Source: Tubiluchus corallicola (lineage: Eukaryota > Animalia > Priapulida). From it: a stretch of 64,000 nt of DNA. Shown here one piece after another: positions 39,901-51,793 of this stretch (the first letter of the stretch is position 1; each line of letters starts with the position of its first letter). The DNA lies in assembly GCA_030141605.1 (NCBI GenBank), contig JAQGDQ010000127.1, positions 310,001 through 374,000 of the forward strand, written 5' to 3'. The notes beneath the pieces are model-generated. The model worked only from the letters and a program-made list of their open reading frames with translations, did no database searches and was not told where the DNA came from. Position numbers and translations under genes: made by a program.

Positions 39901-42900
39901 ACAAATTGCCTGCAACTTCATGTGCTTTAGTGTGTTCATTATAATGTAACACGCTTCCCCAAGGCAACTCTCCGAATATCTCCATTTGTTTTAATGGTGG
40001 TTTTGCAAAAAAGTGGAAATTGGTAATGAAAAATCCTGTTTCACTTGTTGGAACCAATGTGTTGCCTCTGCATTAAAAAGTATGCATGTAAAAGTGGTGA
40101 ACCATTGGTATCATTAACATTCAAAGTAAAGGTAAGACCTTCAAGTGAAAATGCATTAATTTACTACACACAATAATTTTTCAAAAATCCCAACTTGCAA
40201 CTAAACTGAAAACTGACACACAGGAGTGGCCAAATCATAGCTTGCTTTAATCGATTAAATCTCAGACTCTCAGCACTAGTCAACAATTTTGTGTTGCAAC
40301 AATTTCAATCATACTAAAACATTGTTCGGTGATAGTGCTCATTTAATCATTGGTACCCAATAACTGCTCTTGGACCATTGATTTAGACAAATCATTTATG
40401 GTGGAATCAATGGTAGAATGTCAATGTGTATAAATATCAACCACTGGCAGCTAATAATAAATGAACTGTAGTTGAAACAAACAGTAAACTCCCCTACTAT
40501 TTGCCAGCTGATGTGGCCATGCTAATGCGCACATGTCTACTTAAGCAACATTGCAAGCGACGATGGCAACAGAATGATAGCGGTCTGTGAGGTTTTCCAT
40601 CTAACCATAGAATTTTTATCAGGCATTCTAATCGAAAAGAAAAAGTAATAAAACACTCAAACACTAGCTGACAGTTTTCAGTAGCGATAGTTTCATGGGA
40701 ATTTAAAATCTCTACTATGTTATAGTTTAAATGTCGACTGCAAGTTATGAAGTTTTCATGCAGGTTGTCAAAAAAGAGAAGCCATACCACCTGTTAATCA
40801 CTCGTCAGCACATTCATTTGTTGTTATTTACTGATAATATATAGGTGCTCATTAGACAGGATGCACACTAACACTGGGCACAATGATGTACACAATTTTA
40901 AAAATCTGCACTGAAAAGCTAGGCCATTTGGTATGGCATAATAATAATAATAATAATAAACTAGTTAACAATGTTTCTGTCGTGGTCATAAATTGAAGAT
41001 TTTGCAGTCAATAGTTATAAAATTGAGCCTTATATATGAAGAGACGACAGCCTTTTTTTGAAAGTGCTTATTTCCTTTTATTGAATTCACCTTGCTTGAA
41101 TACATAGGAAGTGCATTTCAAAATGAAACCTCGGCATTTTTCTGTTCAGCCCGTCACCCAGAGATCAAAGGTCAACCAATCCTGGCATTTGACGTGGTAG
41201 ACCCTGGAAGGCATTTGTCTCCTTGACCCCTCGTTTGCCCCTAACAGGGTCACAAGTTAACAATTCACACTGTAACCTATACCATTCGAGACCTTTCATC
41301 AAGTCCTTTCATTTGATGAAACTACAGCAAAATCTTACTGTTTTTCATGGAGTTATTTATTAAAGAGCTAAAAGTAAATAAAGGAAATAAATAGTAACAA
41401 TAATAATAATAATAATAATAATAACTCAATGAAAAACAGTAAGATTTTGCTATGGCAAAGTCTCACAGCAAAATCTTAATAATGGAAACACTCCAAAGCT
41501 GAAGTCATAAGCATTACACTATGATTTGGGAATCCTGTATAGAGCGTGTATGAAATAGTGTGTTTTCTTCTTCTTTATAATTGAAGACTTCTACTCTGTC
41601 TTGCAGGTTTTCTGGGTGACTGATTACAAATACAGTAACAATACCTACAAAGACAAGGCAAAACACATTACAAAATAGTTCTCTGTAGTATAGTTTGCTC
41701 ATAATTATCAATGCACTGATTTGCATAAACTATATGCATAAAAAGCCGAGCTTAAAAAACTGCTTGTTCATTTCAAGTTATGATTTTCGAGTTTACATAT
41801 GAAAACCATGTTATCCTTCTTTTTTGTTATTCAAATTAATAAAAGTTAGTGCAACAAAACCTTATATCACATTATAATGCAAAGAGGCTATTAAAATTAA
41901 TTTACTACTGCATGCTTTAAAATATCAGTTAGGAAATGTAAATGTAATTTATTTTTTGAGATTACCATTCTCTATCCAATGTGCTATTCCATGTGGATTG
42001 AAATCAATTAAGTTGCCTTTTATGGTAACCTCCCTTACCCTTCCGGGGCTAGCAAAGTCAAACATATAAATTCGACCTTTCATATTTTTGTACTTTTCGT
42101 GTAGCATAGTTATAGAATACCTCAGTCCCTGAAATTAAACAAAGGCAAAAATAAGAGTGACTGGTATTAAAGACTAAAAGTAAATAAAGGAAAAAATAAT
42201 TTGTTTTACTGCAATCTGACTTTAATTCTGATACCTCGACTGGTATGCCATGTTCAAAACTCCATTATCTGAGTCTCACTGATGAATATAAAATACAAGT
42301 ATTAAAAACATAGTATAAAAACAGACCTTGGAGTCGCCGAGGCTATTACATATCTAAGGCTTTAGATAAAGTCTAGCACAGAGATCTACTCCACAGACTT
42401 TAATCGCATGGCATAAGTGGCAGTTTTCTGCCTATTATATCGATATAATTATCTAAGCAATTGCAGATTGCACACTGTTTGTGAAGACCAGTCTTCACCT
42501 GTACATGAAAACGATCCTAGCATTCCTTAAGAGGCCGCAATAGCCACCATTTTGTTCCACTATTTATCAGTAACCTGCCAAAATCTGTATTCTCTACCCT
42601 CGCTATTGATGCTGACTATATTTTTATGTACTAATACGTTTTGAACCTTCAGCGCAAGCACAAGAAGACAGTCACTGCAGCGATTACCATGGTAAAAGTT
42701 ACCTATTAATCTCCAATCTGCACATCAACCTGTCCAGAAAAATCAATCCAGAAAAAGCTTGGCAAGTCACAACAAAGTCACCACACGTAAATATAACTGA
42801 TAGTGCGCCGTTGCTTCGTCGGAAATCAAAAATCAACAAAGATCTTGGATAAATGAGTCATAGTGATATTCTCACTAACACAAATTGTACTCCTTCAATT

Positions 42901-43736
42901 ACAGTCCCATATAATGGCAGCACTAAATATTAAGATACGTGTTCTTTACTCAACATCAAATGCTCATTTTCATATTTTTGTGAGTTTTCATCCATTTGGT
43001 TCTGTTTCTTCCCGACGAGAGGGCTATTATTTTACAACATCCCTTATAAAACTTATCACACAATACCCTACTGGACTATTCCCAACTATCAATATCTTGA
43101 ATGGAGTCTTAAACTAGCTTTGATGCAGGATGCTATATTGCCTATTAAAAAGTCTGGTTAGGTCTGATTTATGCTAAATCCTGCAGTCTCTTGCTCATTG
43201 GAGGTCAATTGCTACATTAAGTGACTTCATCACTATTTTTAGATGATGGTCGTTTTCGAGATGCTCGCAGGACTTCTCATCAATGGCTCTCAATAGCCAA
43301 CACTGTTTGCAGGACTCATTCTTCTGCTGCTTCTCTTACTCTTGCATGCACATTCCTAGAACAGTTTTTCCTAGGCTTTTTTATCTGCAGAGTTTACTAC
43401 CAAAAAATTGTTTCCCTGAAGACTATGATGTCACCCAGATTCAAGAACATCAGCAAATATCTCCACTAACAAACTAGTTAGATGAATTTTACTTCCCAGG
43501 AGAAGTCACATTTTTTTCACATTTTCAACTTTGTACTGTAGCCCCTTGTGTTGAATTGCATTTGACCTTGTTTGAGGTGATTTGTACAAAAAAATTTACT
43601 AAGTAAGTTAATAAGTAAAGGAATATACATACTGATGTTATTAGTACTTTTCCACCAGGGAACATTGTGAAGTCTTCAGAACCATACTCTGGAAATTAAT
43701 GAACGGACTCACAATCAAGACACTTGATCAAGACAA

Positions 43737-43784
<48 letters not shown>

Positions 43785-46700
43785 GTTGCATCAATTATAT
43801 AATTGATGCATGTGATATAATCACATCAATGTAATTATACCAGAATTTTTCTTTATGAAGGATGCTAATAAATTTTTATTCCTGATGGGAAGTAATGATT
43901 TAGAAGTAATTAAGGCATTTATTGATTATGCTGTAAAAGCATTTTTAAGACATGATGAACAACATACTATGTAATGATTATATCACTGAAAATGAGGCCT
44001 AATGAATGACAATTTATTTTAAATACTTAATATTTTAAACTCTTCATTAAATAACTAATATAACTAACAGGAAGATTTATTAATAGTAGAAAAATTGTTT
44101 TGTTTGTATATACTGTCATTATATTTCAAAATCGAAATTGTATGTACGTCTTGTTTTTTTCTTGTATTGTATGTATTTTTGACACTAATAAATAAAATAT
44201 CTTAAATATCAATACACCAATATATGTATATATGTGTCATCAATAGTCGCACATGTCAATTTGCATGAAGCATAATGCTAACTGAGTATGATTAGCAAAG
44301 ACCACAATCTATTTACAACCACTTGTAGCACAGAAGTTCTTTTGTTTAATATGTTTACAGGCAATATACAAGCAGTTCTGGATGCATACACATGATGCAG
44401 TACTATGAATTTATTAACATCACAGTCAAGATATTGGGGCAATGTACTAAACTTGAGACATACATGGATACATTAGTAATTAATACAATCACTGACAAAA
44501 TCAGTCACACATTTTATTTATAAGTGAAATGTTTAGTTAAGCTTTCGAGCTTTTTCTGACTGCAGGACAGAGGAGGTCAACCAGATTTGTAGAGTGCAAG
44601 TAGCAAAATTTTAAAAGTTATGTGACTTCACTGGGCACAGAACAATGACACTACTGCTGCTCCTACTAAGTGTGACATTATATTTACCTGCAATACCCTG
44701 AACTTGAACACACGGACCAGGAGCATGGCTATAAACTTCTTTGTTAAAATCCATCATATATCTGAAAAAAAATTTAATTGCGACTAGCTTTTAACCAAAA
44801 AAATCTAGAAAAGTAAATTATATTTTCAAACTAAAACCGGGAGCAAATCCAAATAAAACAGACAGATACAATGTCATTTCACAGGTACAGTTCAAAATTT
44901 TGGTCATTTTGGTCCTTACTGACTATCAGTTACTAATCGTGGATTAAATAGTGTTTTTGTCATTTATCGAATGTTGGCTGTTTCATCTAAAGCCGGGTTT
45001 CCATTTTTTGATACGTACAGTAGAAGCTCTGATTCAATTAGTCGAGTGAATCTATGAGCCAATGTGTGAAGTACTATTAGGGTAGCTGACTCGATGACCA
45101 ATTGGTCTTTCGCTACCCTTTCTCCTGCACCCCCCTTAACTCTTTCCTTTATGCTTAATTTATCCTTTTTAATCAATAACTAAAAAAATAATTAGTCAAT
45201 TTGTATACAGGTGTAAATGAGGAGATAAATAAAAATGTCTATGTCTATGTCTCTATTAGTACAGGGGTATGAGTCATCACTTTTCAGCTTAGCATACACT
45301 GCAAAGGCTGCAAGACCTTTAAATATTAGGCTTTTATGCTAATGGTATATTTTTCAAAATTAACTTTGTGCTCTATGACATTTTTGCTTGTAAAGTCACA
45401 AAGAATACTGACAGTTTACTGTCCCTGCATATGTGGCATTACAACAACAGTTAACTAATTAAACGTTCTCTCACAAGCAGAAAAACCTTCAAAAGGAAAC
45501 CACTAGGCATGTGATTAAAAGTTTGGTTTCCATAAATTCTTGGGCAACAAAGTTGATTGCGACAGATGAGCAGGTGTCAAATTCTAAGCAAAAATGCTAT
45601 GCTAGTATATTAGCACATGAAAAATGTACTTGCTTACAAACAAAACTGTACCCTAACATAATTGTCTCTATCTATATTACAATATATAAAAGTGAATGAA
45701 AAACGCTGTAAAAGTAGTAAAATCTCTTCGATCACACAGAAGTTCAAGATTTTCTTCAAGATTTCAAGATTTATTTAGCCAACATATAAACATTCGAACC
45801 AATTTGTGCATGTGTGGAGAAAGAAAAGGATTGATGAAAAGGAGGAAAGGGAAAAAAGGCACAAAGAACTGGAAAAGCTGTGTCGATGTGAAAACTGATG
45901 CTGTTCCGACAATGACGGCATTTACAATACAATAATAATAATGATAATAATAAACCTAACAACAACAACAACAATAATAATAAAATAACAATAATAGTAA
46001 TAATAATAATAGTGACAATAATAATAGTATCTATTTCTATTATCATCAATATCACCTGCATCATAATATAGATAAATAATGATAATAGCAACTATTAATA
46101 AATTTTAAAGCTGAATTATCCTCAAAGTTATGTATCAACTCACACAATGCCTTAAAGACTACGTACATAACAATTACATAACATATGAACTTATTTTTTA
46201 CTTTATATACACAGAGTTATTCGAGTCATTTGCCAGTAATATTTATAAACATTTGAGTAGGAGCGGCCCGTGCCAGACATTTTGAGTCAATTAGGCAACT
46301 AATTCTATTAAGAATGAGTCAGTAAAAAAATGGTACCCAAGGTATTTAGAAACTAACCAACAGCTCACTGACTCATTAGGTTATAGATTGAAAGCCACTT
46401 CAAAAAATAAAGTATATGTGCAATCACCAGAAGGCAAAAAATTGTTGTCAACAACTTTTGGCATTCTTATTGACCTTTGCCAATTATCATTTATGGGTGA
46501 AGAATAAAATATCTACTGGCGTCAGTTTTTATTAAAACCAGATTGCAAAGTTAATCTCAAAGAAATTAGAAAACTATGAATTTACAGCCCATTATTGGTC
46601 TTTATCAACTATCCTTCCTGATGAGAAAAGCAATTGTAAACAACGTTTCACCCCGGCAAAGACACGGCTCTTAGGGATGCTTATTGACTGGATAATTATC

Positions 46701-49700
46701 AGAAAATTGTCGTCTCGACATGGAATGTGCTGATTTATCATTAAAGATTAGTGCAGTATGCAACTATGCACTGTCATGTGAAAGTGCTGGGTGAAAACTA
46801 TTATTAATATTGCTACTACATCCACAATAAAGTGCTGAAAGGGTCAGGAGTAAACAGTTTTGTATTCCATTGATTTGATGCTGCGGCTGCAGATTACTGA
46901 AGTCAGAGGTCAGACCAAAGTGCTAAACTAAGTGAGTTAGATGGCACCTTAAGTTAACCTCCAATGTGACAAACAATTTGAAACAAGCTACTGAGCTATG
47001 GTGTGGATTCAAGTCATTCAACAGTAAACAAAGTCCACCTAATGAAAGCACATAACTGGTACATAAATGCATGCAAACTTGGCTAAATGTTCATTGATCG
47101 ATACCAGTATAAAAACACAACTTCTAATTTCTGAAACTGCCATAAAAACAAAGCTCATTGGTGTGGGCAAAGTTGCAGAGTAGCTGTCTGCATGCAAAAC
47201 TGGCAAGTTAATTGATTACGTCATATCTATAGCAGTTAGACTAAAAATGTCGCCATCCTAGCTAAATCATCATTATCATCATCATGTGTTCATTATGTCT
47301 ATTGTAGACATTCTAAAACATAAGAAATCTCCCATCAAGGCAAACACAGCAATAGACCATGGCTTTTGCAGTGGCTTCTCAACACCACTTGCGAGTTGAA
47401 TACCCAACATGGACAGCACTAGTGATGCAGAAAATCTTTGTATTTGTTGGAAAAAGTTGCCAGCAGTTTTCAATGTGCATGTGCAATGCCAGCTCAGCTG
47501 TTAGTTTGAGGAATATTTACAACTTTTGCTTACTAGTTGTGTGGCATTATCCATAATTCATTCAACAGAGATTGTAAGATGATCGTAATTTCAAATTAAA
47601 CTCAAATTCTGTCTGTAAAGTAAACCGAATATAATGTTTATTTTCTGCACAGCCATAATACTGATAGCTTTGCCAATTTAACTTAGCAGATTATAACATA
47701 AACCTCTCAAATTTTTTGGCACTCTCACAGGTTTATGTAAAAGAGCATAACAGGCATGAGGCCAGCGCACATTGTTTTACTGACTGAAAAAAGAGTGACA
47801 ATGCCTGCAAATGAACCGCACAGATGTCATCACCCTTCATTGACATAATATAATGCTGGCCGTTACAAGTTGCAATATTGAAAATCATTGAAAAGATTTG
47901 TTCATTGAAAATTATTTAAATAACGTTTATCACGTCTTGTCCAATGTAGGCTGTCACCTTCCTAACTTGCTAAGATAATGGTGTCTATGAAATACATATA
48001 TGTATCTTGAGCAAGTAATTATAAAATCACTTGTTTCAAATCTAGTGCAATGCATGTTGAAGACGATAATGGACAACCTTCAAGTTATACCTCTGAACTC
48101 GACATTCCCGCGTACCGCCTCAACTTGACGGTTCAGGCTTCACAGTAAGTCCCTCGTCATGTACCACATAGAACATTTATTTTCTCCAATTTGTTTGACA
48201 TGACAAGTTTTTTAAATATTACTTAATTATAGTCGTGGAGCAGGGCAGGGAAGGACCATAGGGTCATCTAGTCTCCTGCCCTGTCTTATAATTAAATTAG
48301 TATATTAAAAATAAATGGTGAGACTGCGGATAACAAAAACAAATAAGAAAAAAATAATAATAAAAACAGTATAAATGAAAACAAGGTATAAATGAAAACA
48401 GTATAAGTGAAAATAAAAAATAATAAAGTTAGATGATACCTAAATCTAAACAAAACAATACAATTAATCAGTAATTATGGTTATTATATATATATTCAAA
48501 TAGGGGCCTTATTGACAGGGGAATTTGACCAAGGTTAGTGAGTAAAGTTAAAAAACTGAGAGTATGGAGAGATAAAATAAGTATCAAAAAAAGTGTAATA
48601 TAGAAAATTTAAGAGAAAAAGTAGGTATAAGAAAGAGCAACAATTACTTAGGAGATGAGAAGAAAAAAAAACTTGCTAGCTTGCTTATTAGTCTTACAAG
48701 TTATGTATTACAGGTATATTCATTTAGTAAGAATTTTGTGTATTTTTTGGAAGCAGAAAATAAGCTACCTCCAAAGGTATCTTTTGGCAACGAGTTCCAT
48801 AATTTAACTCCTCGTGATTTTAAGCTATTGAAACCATGTCGGGTAAAAAATCTCTCCACAAAATACTGTTCATTAGAAGCAGCTCTTGTGGAGTAGGAAT
48901 GTATATCAGAAACATTAGTGAAATATTCACTAAAAAGTTCGGGTAATAAACCAGCATTGAATTTATACATAAATTTGAACGACTCAAGATTGTAAATATC
49001 TCTTACTTTTAAAATTTGTAATTTTACGAACGATGGTGTAGCATGATCATATTTGCGAGCAAAAGTTATTAATTTTACTATTTTGTTTTGTTGTGTCTGT
49101 ATTAATTCTTGAATTGATGCAAAAACCGTACCCCATGTTAAGGGAAAACTAACGAATTATATAGAAGTTTCAGAATATATTGGTCAACGTGGTGCCTTAC
49201 TTTTAAAATTATTCCAATAATTCGACTTAATTTGTATGTTATGTGTTTTATATGTGGTTCCCATGTTAATTTATTATCAATGAGTAGGCCCAAGTATTTG
49301 ATGTTGTCTGTTTCTTCAATTTTGTGTTTGTTCATTATAATATGAAATTTCGGATTATTAGCATTGTTAATTTGCTTATTGTTGATTATCATAAATTTGG
49401 TTTTTTTTGTAGTTAATTGATAGCTGGTTTGCCCTCATCCACAGGTCTATTTTTTTCATTTCGTCATTAACAGATTTTTGCAGATTATTTATATTGGAGT
49501 CAGACATGAACAAATTAGTGTCATCGGCAAATATTCGGGTTCGAAAGTTGCTGCATGTGGGAAGATCGTTAATATAAATTAAGAATAGAAGAGGTCCTAA
49601 ATTAGAGCCTTGTAGCACTCCACACGATATGTGTTTATAGTCTGATGATACATTGTTAATAGATATGAATTGTTTTCTGTTAGTTAGATATGACTGAATT

Positions 49701-50091
49701 AGTTGCAAAGCTTTTGATAAGTCTAAAAATATTCCGCAATTCAGTAATTTTTTGTCAGTGTCTAGAGAGATCGTGTCTATTAATTCGGATACAGCAAGGG
49801 CAGTTGAATAATTTTTTCTGAAACCAAATTGGTATTTACTTAGGATATTACTTTTCACAACAAACTGGTATAATCTCTTGTAAATTAGCCTCTCAAAAAC
49901 TTTTGATACTGGTGATAAGAGAGATATTGGTACCACGAGACGATACATGGGAAGGCAGCACATGGAGCTACACTAACAGCAAGGTGGTACATGCCAAACC
50001 CGTAAACTAGACATAAATTGTCTTACCCAATTCTTCCAATCTTATAAATCAGGAAAGCTATCAACAGCCCAAGGACAGCCTTGTAGAACAT
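36999..50091 (-). CDS. PON: Paraoxonase/arylesterase (PON family six-bladed beta-propeller), 9 coding exons, 357 aa
   Basis: Exons 50027-50091, 44688-44761, 43633-43688, 41966-42128, 41518-41644, 39864-40067, 39523-39598, 37999-38136 and 36999-37169. All are GT-AG with consistent phases and total 1074 nt. Motifs include a hydrophobic N-terminus (MFYKAVLGLLIAFLIY), CVQVQGIAEYGSEDF, FNPHGI, VISHP, LPNGL, CDNIWVDSDTGDVFAGCHP and KMLIGS..LLCDI. Not assignable to vertebrate PON1/2/3. Confidence 0.95.
41325..41451. repeat. Inverted repeat flanking an (AAT)n tract
   Basis: AGCAAAATCTTACTGTTTTTCAT (~41326-41348) pairs with ATGAAAAACAGTAAGATTTTGCT (~41429-41451). A partial third copy lies at ~41465. 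Confidence 0.8.
42330..43600 (+). mobile_element. Highly decayed LINE RT/3' fragment in PON intron
   Basis: LHISKALDKV*H (cf. LDISKAFDKVWH), followed by degenerate RT and C-terminal sequence. Confidence 0.6.
43735..43785. repeat. (CA)n(TA)n microsatellite
   Basis: Directly visible. Confidence 0.9.
44950..45255 (+). mobile_element. L2-type 3'-terminal fragment with stem-loop and (ATGTCT)n tail
   Basis: Stem-loop at 45079-45119, then AATAAA followed by ATGTCTATGTCTATGTCT. Confidence 0.6.
45925..46100. repeat. Degenerate (AAT/AAC)n low-complexity tract
   Basis: Directly visible. It explains the poly-Leu/Ile ORF 45771-46091. Confidence 0.85.
48190..49932 (-). mobile_element. 5'-truncated L2/Crack-like LINE (RT to 3' UTR) in PON intron 1
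   Basis: PISLLSPVSKVFERLIYKRL, QFGFR, FLDLSKA, GVLQGSNLGPLLFLIYINDLP, FADDTN, KYLGLLIDNKLTW and HSYSTR..GVKLWNSLP. Few frameshifts. Stem-loop at 48241-48283. Confidence 0.93.
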
Positions 50092-50633
50092 TTTCCTGCT
50101 AATTAATCAAACTACATAAATTTTAAGGTAAAAGAACTAACAAAGATTACTATAAAATGTAGCAAAATGAAGCGTCTAAAACGAATCGCTTCTTGTCATA
50201 ACTCAGACGAGCCACATCGGCACATGCCTCGAGCTGCTGTAGTATTAAGTCTTGATACAAGACAAGTAATCTTTGAAACCGTTTCGTGACATGTTAAAGG
50301 ATAGAGACAACTTTCTACACTTTGACATCATCCATCTTGTGGGAGGGAAATGTAGTTAAGAAATGAGATTACGTAAGAAAAGTTGTCTTGATGTTCACAT
50401 AAGTTTGACACAATAGCGGATTTGTTTAACTGTACATGCTTGCTACATCTATGTAAAAGAAGGTTCAAGCTCAAGGTCTGATACAAATAACTATAGAAGT
50501 TCTAAGGAGAACTATAGAAGTTGCGATGGTTGTGAAGCAATTACAACCAGAAATAAGCAGCAATAATTGTGCGTTACATGGTCACACCTAGAAAAATGAT
50601 TGAAATCAAGAATTAACAACTATGACTTTATAA

Positions 50634-51044
50634 CAGGGGTGAGCATTCTCTACCAGAAAGCGAATTCGAATCGAACCGAATTTGTGACTTTCGAATTCAA
50701 ATCGAACTTCAGTGTTTCGAATTTGAACCGAATTCGAATTGAGATTGAAAGATTTTCGAACCACCAGCAAAATTACAAAGATCATGCATATCACTAGATT
50801 TTGTTCTGCAATAAAATGACTAGTAATTTTTTTTAAAATTGTGTGCAGAAATCACAGCTAAATTGTGCTAATTGCATGATGTTTCAATCGTTTTAGTGAT
50901 AAAGAACATGTGTGATTGAAGTGCTGAATTATTCGAATCTATAGTTTTGGATTCGAATCGAGTTCGAACTAAAAAAAAACTCGTTCGAATCGAATTCGAG
51001 CGTTCGAATTCGATTCGAACTCGAACGTTCGATGCTCACCCCTA
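50634..51044 (+). mobile_element. hAT-type MITE rich in TTCGAA (411 bp), copy 1
   Basis: TIR CAGGGGTGAGCAT / ATGCTCACCCCTA, with exact 8-bp TSD CTTTATAA at 50626-50633 and 51045-51052. Confidence 0.9.
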
Positions 51045-51102
51045 CTTTATAAGTCTATCACGTATATGCTGAAAGGTTGTTTAAAAACATAAGTGTAGCA
51101 AG

Positions 51103-51480
51103 CAGGCAGAGCATCGAATGTTGGAATTCGATTCGAACAAGTTTTAAAAATTCTCGAATTCGATTCGAACCTAAAATTATATATTCGAATAATTCAGCAC
51201 TTCAGCCACACACGTTCTTTGTCATTTAAATGTTTGAACAGAATGCAATTGACACAATTTAACTGCAGTTTCTGCGCAAAACTTTTTAACAAACTAATAG
51301 TGGTTTTACAGCAGAACAAAATTAAGTAACATGCATGATCTTTGTATAACTATTTTACTACTGGTTCGAAAATCTTTCAAACTAATTTTGGTTCGAATTC
51401 GAAATACCTCAATTCGGTTTGAATTCGTAAGTCGCAAATTCGATTAGAATTCCCTTTCTGGTAGAAAATACTCACTCTCA
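51103..51480 (-). mobile_element. hAT-type TTCGAA-rich MITE, copy 2, inverted relative to copy 1
   Basis: Reverse-complement similarity, e.g. GAAGTGCTGAATTATTCGAA vs TTCGAATAATTCAGCACTTC, and TCTACCAGAAAG vs CTTTCTGGTAGA. Confidence 0.85.
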
Positions 51481-51793
51481 TAAGAGAGTACTCGCTTAAC
51501 CCCTATTCATGACAGTATAACAGTATAGCGTATTGGTTTTCGGAGTGCGCCCTGAAATCACGAATTGCGTGTTATTTAATGCAACATCATCTGTTTTGCA
51601 AGTATAACTGAAAAAAAGGCGCTAGCGAGGTAATCAAAGCTATGTGCGGTGTTTCATCGCTTTTTCTCTCTGAAAAAAATGCTGTTTTTCTTTTAAATGA
51701 TTTAACACTTTGGTCGCTGTTGCAGGAAAGGTTCAGTTATAAGTCGCTTGTAATTGAGGTATGTTTAATGAGTCGTAACCATTAAGTCTGTAC

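Noticed and set aside
45079-45119. Hammerhead ribozyme or SECIS reading of the repeated stem-loop (CTGA..GA; GAAA on the opposite strand)
   Set aside because: No strand has CUGANGA, GAAA and NUH in a three-stem arrangement, and the spacing does not fit a SECIS.
45771-46091. Hydrophobic 106-aa ORF
   Set aside because: It is a translation of an (AAT/AAC)n microsatellite.
50650-51450. Heat-shock element array or CRISPR-like repeats
   Set aside because: Most TTCGAA/GAATTC units lack nGAAnnTTCn spacing. There is no repeat-spacer periodicity, and the pattern is explained by MITE subterminal repeats.
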